A DNA stretch of 64,000 nucleotides from Oscillospiraceae bacterium (GTDB lineage: Bacteria > Bacillota > Clostridia > Oscillospirales > UBA929), in assembly GCA_009782215.1 (NCBI GenBank), contig WRKO01000007.1:9036-73035 (forward strand), given 5' to 3'. How positions within the stretch are numbered: the first letter of the stretch is position 1; each line of letters starts with the position of its first letter. Made by a program: the position numbers and the translations under genes. Positions 10,106 through 22,944 of the stretch are shown here, piece by piece. Under the pieces are notes generated by a model that did not search any database, was not told where the DNA came from, and was given only the letters and a program-made list of their open reading frames with translations.

Positions 10106-10139
10106 ACGGACTGCTGCTGCATCCGCAGCGGCAGTCCGT
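10106..10139 (+). other. intercistronic stem-loop after the substrate-binding protein gene
   Basis: ACGGACTGCTGCTGC-ATCC-GCAGCGGCAGTCCGT, a 15-bp stem with a weak U-tail. Confidence 0.7.
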
Positions 10140-10170
10140 TCCATAATTACCGGAGGGAGTTGATTGTACT

Positions 10171-11585
10171 ATGAGCCGTTTTCTGGGGTTCTTTCAGGGC
10201 TTGGCGGCGGACTTCATGCAGGGCGATATCTTCGTAAAGCTCTCCGCGCTGTTTCCGGGCGCCGGATATTTCCGCCGGCGGCAGTACATTAAAGGCGTTA
10301 TCCTAACGCTGTTTCAGGCGGTCATTATCTTCTTTGCCATTACCGTGGCCATTCCGTACATCGCCAAATACTCCACGCTTGGCACGGTGGCGCATGAATC
10401 ATTCTTTAACCCCGACACGATGAAAAACGAAATCAACGACTATGACCACTCGTTCCGTATCCTGCTCTACGGGCTTATTTCCATGATTGTGCTGGCGGCC
10501 GCGCTGGTCATCTGGCTCCGCAACATCCGCTCCGTGCGGGCGCTCGAAGTCCGGGCGCGGGAGGGACAGCGCATCACATCCTTTGTCGAGGACGTTAAGT
10601 CTATGCGCGACAAGCGCTTCCATATCGTTCTGCTTTCCCTGCCCTGTCTGGGCATTGTGCTGTTCACCATCGTCCCGCTGGTTGTGATGATTTTGGTCGC
10701 CTTCACCAACTATGACCAGCAGAATATGCCACCCACACAGCTTTTCACTTGGGTCGGGCTGCAAAACTTCCGAACGCTTTTCTCCAACAGCATCACCATC
10801 TCCTTCGGTTACGCGTTCTTCAAGGTGCTGTCATGGACCTTGATATGGGCGTTTACCGCCACCGCCACCTGCTACATCGGCGGGATTATGCTCTCTATGT
10901 TCATCAACAGCGCGAAGACCAAGTTCAAGCAGGTATGGCGCACCATGTTCATCGTGTCGATTGCGGTTCCGCAGTTTGTCACGCTGCTGCTGGTGCGGAA
11001 TTTCTTCGCCACCACGGGTATCGCCAACACGTTCGCGGCGCAATGGGGACTCACCGATTTTCTCAGGAACATCGGTCTGATTCCCGAAACGCTCACCAAC
11101 ATCCCGTTTCTGACCGACCCGAACTGGGCGAAGGTGATGATCATCCTGATTAACGTCTGGATTGGCGTGCCGTACCTGATGCTGATTGCCACGGGGATTC
11201 TGATGAACATTCCCAAGGAGCTGTATGAGAGCGCCAGAATCGACGGCGCCAGCCCGTTCAAGGCGTTCGTCCATGTCACGATGCCCTATATGCTGTTTGT
11301 CACCGGGCCGTACCTGGTGACCTCGGTGGTGTCGAACATCAACAACTTCAACGTCATCTACCTCTTAACCAATGACGTATTCACGACGACCGACCAAGCG
11401 CTGGCCAACGCCAACGCGCAGGAGGTCGACTTGCTGGTGACATGGCTGTTCCGACTGACGCAGAACTTCTATAACTACAAGATGGCCTCGGTTATCGGCA
11501 TCATGGTGTTTATCGTCTGCGCGGTGTTTACCTTGGTTGCGTTTAATGTTGTACTGAGACGGAATAAGGAGGATAAGTTCCAGCT

Positions 11586-11589
<4 letters not shown>
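10171..11589 (+). CDS. sugar ABC transporter permease (MalF/GanP-like)
   Basis: Multiple hydrophobic helices; EAA loop ELYESARIDGA. Confidence 0.92.
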
Positions 11590-14397
<2,808 letters not shown>

Positions 14398-14464
14398 AGG
14401 CCGGGCCGCCGACCGGAGGCGCGTTTGTAAGCCATACGGCGGAGGGATTAGAGAGGGTGTAACG

Positions 14465-15124
14465 GTGGTTTTCAGCGCCAACGGCATTGATTTATATTAC
14501 GAGCGGACGGGGCAAGGAGACCCTATCGTTCTGCTGCACGGCAATGGGGAGGACCATACCATTTTTGACACGCTGACCACGCAGCTCGCCCCAAGCCGCA
14601 CCGTATATGCCCTTGACAGCCGTGACCACGGGAAAAGCGGCAAGGTCAAGACGCTGCGTTATGAGGATATGGCGGAGGACGCCGCGGCGTTTATCCTCGG
14701 GCTTAACCTCCGCAAGCCCATTCTGTACGGGTTCAGCGACGGCGGGATTGTCGGGCTTCTGCTGGCCATCAAGCACCCGGAGCTGCTTTCCAAGCTCATT
14801 GTCAGCGGGGCAAACACCCGGCCGGACGGAATCAAGGGCCGGTATGCCGTCTCAATGAAAATCACCTATTTCTTTACGCGCAGCCGTAAATACAAGCTGA
14901 TGCTGACGCAGCCGGACATCACGGACGCCGAGCTGAACACCATCGCCGTTCCCACCCTCGTTTTGGCCGGAAGCAGGGATATTGTCCGGGACGGCCACAC
15001 CAGAAGTATGGCGCGGAGCATCCCGGACTGTACGCTTCATATTCTGGAAGGAGAAACCCACGCGGGCTATGTCGTCAACAGCGAGAAGCTGTACGGCGTC
15101 ATCGAGCCGTTTTTGGGCGGGTAG
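14465..15124 (+). CDS. alpha/beta-fold hydrolase
   Basis: LHGNGE, DSRDHG and nucleophile elbow GFSDGG; start moved to GTG 14465 after a purine-rich RBS. Confidence 0.85.
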   Translation: MVFSANGIDLYYERTGQGDPIVLLHGNGEDHTIFDTLTTQLAPSRTVYALDSRDHGKSGKVKTLRYEDMAEDAAAFILGLNLRKPILYGFSDGGIVGLLLAIKHPELLSKLIVSGANTRPDGIKGRYAVSMKITYFFTRSRKYKLMLTQPDITDAELNTIAVPTLVLAGSRDIVRDGHTRSMARSIPDCTLHILEGETHAGYVVNSEKLYGVIEPFLGG

Positions 15125-15154
15125 GGTGTTTTTCCGCGCCGTCATCTGAGAGGA

Positions 15155-17476
15155 TTATTCAAACACCGCCCGTATTTCGACGTTTCTGCTTGGCATAACG
15201 AAGCTCACGGAGCTTGCGGACGGGCTTGAAAGGTTCAGCCCGCCGCTGACGACCTCCCAGCCTTTGAAGCGGTATCCGCTGTTCGGCACGGCCGTCATCG
15301 CAATCTGCGACCCGGCGGGGCCGCCGATGCTGATTGTGCTGACCGAGCTGCCGGAGTTGATCGAACTGCTGGAGCTGCTGGAGCTTCCGCTCGCAGACGT
15401 GACCGTGACCTTGCCTCCGTTTACAATGGTTACCGTCAGCATATAGGAGCCTATTGACGGCGGGCGCGGCGACGGCGACGGGGATGGCGGCTGAGGTGAC
15501 GGCGACGGTTGTTGAGGCGGCGTTGGGGTTGGGGTTGGCTGAGGTGTTGGTTGAGGCGCGGACGTTGGCGACGGCTGTGCCGGGGCGGACTGGACGGTCA
15601 CGGCGGCCGCGCCGCTGGCTGTTTGCGCCGTTTTCACCCCGGTGGCGTTATGGTTGGTATTCGTCACCAAGACATAATAGCTGTTCGTTCCGAGCGTGTT
15701 TGTCGGCACGGAATAGACCGGCGACGCGGCATTGGCGATGAGCGACCATCCGAATCCCGAGGCTCTGTACCACTGATAGCTCAGACTGCCGCCGTCGGGA
15801 GACACCGCCGTGACGGACAAATTGTATGCCGAGCCTCTTGTCACCGCCGCGCCTTGCGGCTGGACGGTGACGACCGGGGCTTCCGCGTCTTTCGGCAAAG
15901 CGGGCGGTTCGCTTGAAACGGCCTTTGCCATGTTGATGATGCCATGCCCGAAATAGATATCAAAGCCGGGCGCACCGGCGTCGTCCGTCAGCCCGTGCAG
16001 CACGGTTTTGATTGCGGAAGGGTTGAAATCGGCGTAGCGCGGGTCGCTTTTCAGCAGCGCGACCGAGCCGGAGACATGGGGCGCGGCCATGGACGTGCCG
16101 TCGTACGCGGCGTATCTGCCGCCGGGGATGCTGGAGATGATGCTCACGCCGGGAGCCGCGACGTCGATGACATTGCCGAAATTGGAAAAATACGCTCTGC
16201 CGCCGCGGCTGTCGCTGGCCGTGACCGTGATAACCTCGGGGATGTTGGCGGGGGTGTAGCCGGCGGCGTTTGCGCCGTCATTGCCCGCCGAGGCCACCAC
16301 CACCGCGTTCCGGCCATTGGCATACTGAACCGCGTTCCGGGTAGACTGGGAGGTTCCCGCGCCGCCAAGGCTCATATTGATGACGGCCGCCCCTCTGTCC
16401 GCGGCGTATCTGATTCCGGCGTCAACCAGCGAGGTGGATCCCAGTCCTTGGTCGCTGAGGACTTTGACGGGAATGATCGTCACGTTGCCCAGCGTAAGCT
16501 CGGCAACCGTGCCGGCCACATGGGTTCCGTGGCCGTTGCCGTCCGCTGGATTGCCGCTGCCGTTGATAAAGTTCCAGCCGTTTGTCAGCCTGCCGGCTAA
16601 AAATGGGTGGGACGAATCGACGCCGGTATCCAGCACCGCGACCGTTATCCGTGGTTTGCTTACGGGGGTCAGGTATTCCAGATATTTGTCCGCGCCGATA
16701 TACGCGACGCCCCAGCTCCGGTAGGCGGCGTCTATGCCCACGATGACGTCCGGCTCGGCGAAGACGGAGACGGATTCCAGCTTATCCAAGGCGTCTTTCG
16801 CGTCAAGCTCGGTTTCAAACTGCATGATGAAGGTATTGTCGGGACCTCTCAGCGTCGTCGTTAAGCCGTCCAGCTCATACGCCGCGCCGGGCGACGCGCC
16901 GTTGGTCTGAACAATGAGCCGCCCGGTTTGGAACGGCTTGGTCAGCACAACGCGCTTCCCCTCCGGGATGAAATCGACGTCCAGCAGGAGGCTTTCGCTC
17001 ACAGCCCGCGCGGGCAGATAGGTTCTTCCGTTTCGGCTCGCGGGAGCGGAGGACATATGGACGCGCCGCCCGTTGACCCGCATGGTTCTGTCGCCCGACC
17101 TGAGGCTTATCTCAATCCCGTCCCCGGATATGTTGACGTCGGTGGTCGCCGCGTCGAACGACACGTCAAGCCCAAGCGCTTCGGATACCGCCCGCAAGGG
17201 CAGCATGGGCTCCCCTTCTTCGTTTATGTACGGCGCGGCGTCGCGCCCCGGGTCTATTTCCATGACGCCGCCGTTTACGGTCATGGTTGTGTTATCGAGC
17301 CTGAATTCTATTTCCGACAGGAAATAATCGCTCCATGTGTCTTGCACAAGGCGGGTCAGCTCCCGGACATACGCGTCAATGTCAACGGCATCCGCCGCCG
17401 TGCCGGAGGCGTTTCCCGGAAAGACGCCGAGAACCAGCAGCAGCGCCAGCAGGATATACTGTAACCGTTTTCTCAT
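15155..17476 (-). CDS. secreted S8 subtilisin-like protease with copper-amine-oxidase-like N-terminal domain, Ig-like domain, Pro-rich linker and C-terminal beta-repeat
   Basis: Signal peptide; PLRAVSEALG and YLPARAVSE repeats; catalytic VLDTG, HGTHVAG, GTSMAAP; PQPT/PSPS linker; C-terminal PNSGYRFKGW. Confidence 0.9.
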   Translation of the reverse strand: MRKRLQYILLALLLVLGVFPGNASGTAADAVDIDAYVRELTRLVQDTWSDYFLSEIEFRLDNTTMTVNGGVMEIDPGRDAAPYINEEGEPMLPLRAVSEALGLDVSFDAATTDVNISGDGIEISLRSGDRTMRVNGRRVHMSSAPASRNGRTYLPARAVSESLLLDVDFIPEGKRVVLTKPFQTGRLIVQTNGASPGAAYELDGLTTTLRGPDNTFIMQFETELDAKDALDKLESVSVFAEPDVIVGIDAAYRSWGVAYIGADKYLEYLTPVSKPRITVAVLDTGVDSSHPFLAGRLTNGWNFINGSGNPADGNGHGTHVAGTVAELTLGNVTIIPVKVLSDQGLGSTSLVDAGIRYAADRGAAVINMSLGGAGTSQSTRNAVQYANGRNAVVVASAGNDGANAAGYTPANIPEVITVTASDSRGGRAYFSNFGNVIDVAAPGVSIISSIPGGRYAAYDGTSMAAPHVSGSVALLKSDPRYADFNPSAIKTVLHGLTDDAGAPGFDIYFGHGIINMAKAVSSEPPALPKDAEAPVVTVQPQGAAVTRGSAYNLSVTAVSPDGGSLSYQWYRASGFGWSLIANAASPVYSVPTNTLGTNSYYVLVTNTNHNATGVKTAQTASGAAAVTVQSAPAQPSPTSAPQPTPQPTPTPTPPQQPSPSPQPPSPSPSPRPPSIGSYMLTVTIVNGGKVTVTSASGSSSSSSSSINSGSSVSTISIGGPAGSQIAMTAVPNSGYRFKGWEVVSGGLNLSSPSASSVSFVMPSRNVEIRAVFE

Positions 17477-17541
17477 ACCCAATCCCCCTCTATCCCGGAA
17501 GCCCGGAACTCAAACTCCAGACGACCGCCCGTCGGTCTTGC

Positions 17542-18228
17542 TTAGTCGTCATTTTTCTTAAACGGCATGAACGGCGTGAGTCTCGAAGCCAAGCCGGACG
17601 CGGTCATGGTTTGCAGCCAGACCTTGCCGGGGCCCTCCACTGTGGTTAAGAACAAGCCCTCGCCGCCGAACAGGATGTTTTTGAAGCCCTTGACCATTTC
17701 GACGGAATACGTCACCCGCTGCTCAAACGCGGCGACATTGCCCGTATCAACCTTGAGTTTTTCGCCGGGGGCGAGGTCTACCTCCTTTACGCTGCCGTCT
17801 ATTTCAAGAAACGCCATGCCGCTGCCGGACAGCTCTTGCAGGAGGAAGCCCTCTCCGCCGAACAGGCCGCTCTTTATACCCTTGGTGACAGCCATTTTAA
17901 GCTCAACATTCGGCTGCGCGCAGAGGAACGCGCTCTTTTGGCAGACGTACGGGCCCTGCGACACGTCGAGCGCGACGATGTTCCCGGGGAAGGTGGACGC
18001 GAAGGTGATGGACTGCCCGTTTGCGGTTGCCGAGTACGTCGCCATAAACAGTGAGTCGCCGCTCAGCATACGGCCAAGCCCTCTCATCAGGCCGCCCTTC
18101 ATGTTTGTTTCCATGTTAATCCCCGCCGACATCCATGTCATGCCGCCGGACTGCGTGTAGATAGCCTCGCCGTTTTCCAAATCAACCGTCACCGCGGGCA
18201 GGTTCCCTCCAAAAATTTCGTACCGCAT
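17542..18228 (-). CDS. TIGR00266 / AIM24 family protein
   Basis: Repeated SGDSLF, GGEGFLL and GGEGLF motifs; VDTGNVAAF; GPGKVWLQT. Confidence 0.88.
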   Translation of the reverse strand: MRYEIFGGNLPAVTVDLENGEAIYTQSGGMTWMSAGINMETNMKGGLMRGLGRMLSGDSLFMATYSATANGQSITFASTFPGNIVALDVSQGPYVCQKSAFLCAQPNVELKMAVTKGIKSGLFGGEGFLLQELSGSGMAFLEIDGSVKEVDLAPGEKLKVDTGNVAAFEQRVTYSVEMVKGFKNILFGGEGLFLTTVEGPGKVWLQTMTASGLASRLTPFMPFKKNDD

Positions 18229-18292
18229 AATAATCCCCTTTCAACATAATATTTTTTGTTTTTTCCGTCCGTGAATCAAGAGTCCGGCGCGT

Positions 18293-20512
18293 TTAATCAT
18301 ACAACAAATATATCTCCCCGCTTTCCACCGTAAACATAGCCGCGTCGGACAGATAGCTGTTGTTTCGCGCGTCAACCATCTCAAACATGAAGATATACAG
18401 GCCGTCGCCCAGCTCAGCCTCCGCAAACCGCGTGTTGGCGGTCACCGTCAGGCCGTTGCCCGCTATGATTGAAAAGTCCTCGTCTTCGTCGTCCATGTCA
18501 AACAGGACGTAATGCAGCGGTTCTATCACGTCGCCGGGGACAAGCCGCCGAAGATTTCTGTCGCCCATGCCGTTTTCGTCAATGCCGCGCCGCGCGCCGA
18601 GTATTTTGTATTCCCCGGTATCGAAGGTATAGCTGACGCGGATAGAGTATTCCTCTCCGTCCAGCAAAACCGGCACCGTGTAAACCTGAAAATCGTCTGA
18701 TTCGTCGGTCAGCTCCATGTAGACAAGATGACCGTCAATGCTGCCCCATACCCCGCGGAAATTATCCATGAACACGCCGGCGGCCCAGTCCGCGTCCAAA
18801 TCGTTGTCCCGGCCGAGCATGAGGATGATATCGCTTTCCTCGTCGTAATAGGCGACGTAGCAATACACGCCTATCAGCTTATCGGCAAGCTCCGCTCCGA
18901 GGTTCAGCACCACATAGCCATCGTCCCTGTAAACGAGAGGAAAGTCCTCAAGGCCGTCGTTTACGGAGCTTGGCACGCTCCTTGTCTTGATCTCCTGCGT
19001 TTGCGCGTACCTTCGCGCTAAGTCCAGCACATAGCGCTCGCCCTCCGCGGAAAGGCTGCCCGTGATTTGAAACTCGTAAAACCATTGGAACGGGTCGTCG
19101 GCGCGCAGCGCGGCGAATCCCATCAAATCCATATAGTTTCCGTCAAAGCTGTAATACTTGGACAGGCCGCTCGCCCTGCCGCGCAGCGGGCCGGTTACTT
19201 GATAGATTACGCAGTCGTCCAGCGCGGCCAGCAGCGCGCGCCCATACTCCGGGAGCAGGCTGTCCCCCGCTTGCCGCACAAGGTCGCCCAAGTCAACCAT
19301 ATTTGTGTAGCCTTGCCAGTCGTTGTTGCCGCCGTAGCTGACCGCGTTTCGCGCCGCCCGCCCGTATTCGCTGAAATAGGTTGGCGTGACGGTGGCGTAT
19401 ATCAGCGATTCGGCCCCGACGTCGTAATAGGCCGACATCAGCGCGTCTGCGCGGGACAAGTCCACCACCGAGAGCGTTACGTCGTCCACCAGCGACTGCC
19501 ACCATGTTGATTCGGCCGCGCACGCGGCGTAATATGTATCGCAAATGGCCTTCCCGAATTCCGCGCCGGACATGCCGGGGTTGTCGGTCAGCGCTTGAAA
19601 CAGCCCCTCATAATCCCAGCCGATTCCGGGCTCCCATTCCTGCGAGGCGACCATATAGCGAGCCAAGCCGTTCAGCGTATCCGCCACGTCGATGGTTGCC
19701 ATAAAGCAGGCGTCAAAGCCAATCAGCTCATAGGGCGGGTTTTCCTTCGAGGGGGTGTTGACCGCTTCAAAAGCCCGCCGTATGTCCGGCAAGGTCAGCG
19801 CGTCGAAACGATACCGTTCATCGAAGGCGACGCCGGCCACGCTTCCGCCGCCGTGATTCCAGAGTATCACAACCTGACGGTCGGCGGGGTAATTTATGTT
19901 GCAGAAACGCAGGAATTCTTCCAGCGTCCTGCTGTCGCCCATATTGGCGCTGGGCCGCTGCTCTAAAAAGGTGAGTCCCGAGCTGTTATACAGATAACGG
20001 CTGTTGCTGTTCGCGTCCATGCCGTTGTGCCATCTGTTCGCGCCGCCCGCCTCAATCACGACGCTGACGTTGTCCGGGAGGCTCACCCGCATCATTTCCT
20101 CAAGGTCTTCGCTGGCAAACGCGCCGTTTGTTTCTAGGTCGCTGCCGCATAAGTACCAGTAAACCGCCCATGTTCCGTCGAAATCATCCCGCCGCTCCAG
20201 AATGCCGGGGCTGACCGGCGGCGTTTGCGCGGGCGTTGTTTCTGTAAAGGCGGGCGCGGCGTCCTCCGGCGCCGGGGCGTCGTCGCCGAAGATTATGGCC
20301 AAGACGACCAGCACCGCAACCGCTCCGAGTACAAACGTCCATCTGCGTTTCTTTTTTGGCGGCGTATGAAACTGGGGCGGCGCATAGTTCGGCGGCGGCG
20401 ACCACGCCTGCTGATTTGGACGCGCGTCCTGCTGACCGTTCAGGCTCTTGCCGCATTTAGAGCAGAACGCCGACCCGTCCTGCATTGGATTCCCGCAGTG
20501 CCGACAAAACAT
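18293..20512 (-). CDS. zinc-ribbon, single-TM, clostripain (C11) peptidase
   Basis: N-terminal CRHC...CSKC; one TM helix; YLCGSDLE, WNHGGG (His) and FDACFM (Cys). Confidence 0.88.
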   Translation of the reverse strand: MFCRHCGNPMQDGSAFCSKCGKSLNGQQDARPNQQAWSPPPNYAPPQFHTPPKKKRRWTFVLGAVAVLVVLAIIFGDDAPAPEDAAPAFTETTPAQTPPVSPGILERRDDFDGTWAVYWYLCGSDLETNGAFASEDLEEMMRVSLPDNVSVVIEAGGANRWHNGMDANSNSRYLYNSSGLTFLEQRPSANMGDSRTLEEFLRFCNINYPADRQVVILWNHGGGSVAGVAFDERYRFDALTLPDIRRAFEAVNTPSKENPPYELIGFDACFMATIDVADTLNGLARYMVASQEWEPGIGWDYEGLFQALTDNPGMSGAEFGKAICDTYYAACAAESTWWQSLVDDVTLSVVDLSRADALMSAYYDVGAESLIYATVTPTYFSEYGRAARNAVSYGGNNDWQGYTNMVDLGDLVRQAGDSLLPEYGRALLAALDDCVIYQVTGPLRGRASGLSKYYSFDGNYMDLMGFAALRADDPFQWFYEFQITGSLSAEGERYVLDLARRYAQTQEIKTRSVPSSVNDGLEDFPLVYRDDGYVVLNLGAELADKLIGVYCYVAYYDEESDIILMLGRDNDLDADWAAGVFMDNFRGVWGSIDGHLVYMELTDESDDFQVYTVPVLLDGEEYSIRVSYTFDTGEYKILGARRGIDENGMGDRNLRRLVPGDVIEPLHYVLFDMDDEDEDFSIIAGNGLTVTANTRFAEAELGDGLYIFMFEMVDARNNSYLSDAAMFTVESGEIYLLYD

Positions 20513-20620
20513 AGTGACCTCCTACAAGCCCGTTTGCAGAACCAATGATATTTCCGCTATCGGGAGATGGCACGCGTCGGAGCGCGAAAATTTTGTGGGG
20601 GATTATGTTGGCTTATGGCC

Positions 20621-20649
20621 AGTATAGCATCCGGCAAGATAAAAATCAA
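20621..20649 (-). promoter_or_regulatory. sigma-A-type promoter for the clostripain cluster
   Basis: Minus strand TTGATT, 17 nt, TATACT. Confidence 0.55.
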
Positions 20650-20747
20650 GAAAAAGATACGAATATTTCATATTTTTGGCATATATTGGCGGCAATCAGG
20701 CGGACAGACGGTATGGATTGGTCGTCCGCGGCGGCGTATGTAATCGC

Positions 20748-20776
20748 AAACAAAAAGCGCCGTCCGGCGCTCTTTG
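20748..20776 (-). terminator. intrinsic terminator after glutamine synthetase
   Basis: Minus strand CAAAGAGCGCC-GGAC-GGCGCTTTTTGTTT directly after the stop. Confidence 0.75.
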
Positions 20777-20777
20777 C

Positions 20778-22853
20778 TTATATGACACTGTGCAGCAGCT
20801 CCGCGTAGCTTGGAAGGGGCCAGAGGGTTTTGGCGGTGAGCGTTTCCAGTTCGTCAGCGACCGCTCTCAGCTCCGTCATGGCGGGAAGTACGGCGTCGCG
20901 GTAGTATTCGGCGCGCGCGGGCCGAGCCTTGGAAACGGTTTCTTCCAGATGGGTCAGCCTGTCCAGCAAGCGGGCGGAGAGGTTGGAAAGGCGGGTGAGC
21001 AGATGTTCCTCCAGCGAACAGTTGAATCCGCCGCAGGCTTTCTTGCGTTTGAGCAGCTTGGCGGCTTCGTTTTGACCGGCGATGACCGCCGGGATGACGC
21101 CGCCCTTGACTAAGTCGGTCATGGTAAGGGCCTCTATGTGCAGCGTCTTGCAGTACCCTTCCATCAAAATCTCATGGCGCGAGGACAGCTCCGACCGCGA
21201 GTACACCTGATGGCGGGCAAACAGCTCCACGCTTTTGGGGGAGATGAGGGAGGGAAACGCGTCCACGGCGGTTTTGAGGCTGCTCAGGCCGCGCCGCGCC
21301 GCCTCCGCCTGCCATTCCTCGGAATAGCTGTTGCCGTTGAAAATAATCCGCTTATGCTTGCCGATGGTTTTCCGCGCAAGCGCCGCGAGGGCGCCGGTGA
21401 AGTCGTCGGCGGCTTCCAGCTCGTCGGCAAACCCGCGCAAAACCTCCGCCACGGCGGTGTTCAGAACGATGTTCGGCTCGGCGACCGAGAAGGACGATCC
21501 GGGCATACGGAACTCAAATCTGTTGCCGGTGAACGCGAACGGCGAGGTGCGGTTGCGATCCGCCACATCCTTGGGGAAATGGGGAAGCACCGTCACGCCG
21601 ATTTCCATGTCGCATTTTTCTTTATTGCAATACTCCGCGCCAGACTCCAAGGCCTCTAAAATCTCGGTCAGCTCGTCGCCGAGGAACATCGACACGATGG
21701 CGGGCGGCGCCTCGTTGGCGCCCAAGCGGCAATCGTTGCCCGCGCTGGCCACCGACGTGCGCAGCAAGTCCTGATATTCATCCACAGCCTTGATGACGGC
21801 CATCAAAAACAGCAAAAACTGCGCGTTTTCATACGGCGTTTCGCCCGGTTCGAGCAGGTTGACGCCGGTATCGGACGCCAGCGACCAGTTGATGTGCTTG
21901 CCGCTGCCGTTGACGCCGGCAAACGGCTTTTCATGCAGAAGGCAGGCAAGGCCGTGCTTATCGGCGATGCTTTTCATCAGCTCCATCGTAAGCTGGTTGT
22001 GGTCGGTGGCGGTATTGGTGGCGGTGAAAACGGGCGCAAGCTCGTGCTGGGCGGGCGCCGTTTCGTTGTGCTTGGTCTTGGCGTATACGCCCAGCTTCCA
22101 GAGCTCTTCGTCCAGCTCCTTCATAAAGGCGGACACACGGGGCTTGAGACAGCCGAAATAGTGGTCTTCCATCTCTTGGCCTTTGGGCGGGCGCGCGCCG
22201 AACAGCGTTCTGCCGGTGTAAACCAAATCCGGGCGTTTTAAGTAGCCCGCCTTGTCTATGAGGAAATATTCCTGTTCCGGCCCCGCCGTTGTGACGACCC
22301 GCCGCGCCGGTGTTTCGCCGAACAGGGCGAGGATGCGCCGCGCCTGCCGGTCGATGGCCTCCATTGAGCGGAGCAGGGGGGTTTTCTTATCCAGCGCCTC
22401 GCCGGAATAGGAGCAGAACACGGTGGGAATCATCAGCGCCCCGTCTTTGATGAACGCGTAGGAGGAGGTGTCCCAAACCGTATAGCCCCTCGCCTCAAAG
22501 GTTGCGCGAAGCCCGCCGGAGGGCAGGCTGGACGCGTCCGGCTCCCCGCGCACAAGTGAGCTGCCGGAGAACTCCATGATGACCCTGCCGTCCTCGGCGG
22601 GGGCGATAAAGCTGTCCAGCTTGCCCGCCGTGATGCCGGTCATCGGCTGGAACCAATGGGCAAAATGGGTGGCGCCCTTTTCCACCGCCCAGTCCTTCAT
22701 CGTCTCGGCAATCACGTTGGCCGTTTCCAAATCCAAATGGGCGGACTGACGCGCCGTCTCCTTCAGCGCGCCGTAAATCCCCGCGGGCAGGCGCTCCCGC
22801 ATGACCGCGTCGCTGAACACCATACTGCCGAACAGCTCCGGGATGTTTTTCAT
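20778..22853 (-). CDS. glnN: type III glutamine synthetase
   Basis: 691 aa; HWFQPMTG, GEPDASSLPSGGLRATFEARGYT, GPEQEYFL, HEKPFAGVNGSGKH, DRNRTSPFAFTGNRFEFR. Confidence 0.95.
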   Translation of the reverse strand: MKNIPELFGSMVFSDAVMRERLPAGIYGALKETARQSAHLDLETANVIAETMKDWAVEKGATHFAHWFQPMTGITAGKLDSFIAPAEDGRVIMEFSGSSLVRGEPDASSLPSGGLRATFEARGYTVWDTSSYAFIKDGALMIPTVFCSYSGEALDKKTPLLRSMEAIDRQARRILALFGETPARRVVTTAGPEQEYFLIDKAGYLKRPDLVYTGRTLFGARPPKGQEMEDHYFGCLKPRVSAFMKELDEELWKLGVYAKTKHNETAPAQHELAPVFTATNTATDHNQLTMELMKSIADKHGLACLLHEKPFAGVNGSGKHINWSLASDTGVNLLEPGETPYENAQFLLFLMAVIKAVDEYQDLLRTSVASAGNDCRLGANEAPPAIVSMFLGDELTEILEALESGAEYCNKEKCDMEIGVTVLPHFPKDVADRNRTSPFAFTGNRFEFRMPGSSFSVAEPNIVLNTAVAEVLRGFADELEAADDFTGALAALARKTIGKHKRIIFNGNSYSEEWQAEAARRGLSSLKTAVDAFPSLISPKSVELFARHQVYSRSELSSRHEILMEGYCKTLHIEALTMTDLVKGGVIPAVIAGQNEAAKLLKRKKACGGFNCSLEEHLLTRLSNLSARLLDRLTHLEETVSKARPARAEYYRDAVLPAMTELRAVADELETLTAKTLWPLPSYAELLHSVI

Positions 22854-22902
22854 AATCCGCCCTCCTGTGATTTTTAGATAATTCAGCGTATGGCAGGGGT
22901 TG

Positions 22903-22929
22903 CGGGCGACCGGGGACGGCCGTCCCTAC
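22903..22929 (-). repeat. GTAG-type REP-like hairpin (single copy in window)
   Basis: Minus strand GTAG-GGACGGCCG-TCCC-CGGTCGCCC-G in the hisF-glnN spacer. Confidence 0.45.
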
Positions 22930-22944
22930 AACCTTTGCGGAACG

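Noticed and set aside
15340-15590. Short tandem repeats resembling an array
   Set aside because: They encode the Pro/Gln/Ser linker and Ser run of the S8 protease; there is no repeat-spacer periodicity.
20513-20620. Roughly 100-nt clostripain leader as a possible riboswitch
   Set aside because: Only a weak enclosing helix (ATAAGCC/GGCTTGT) and no recognisable aptamer consensus.
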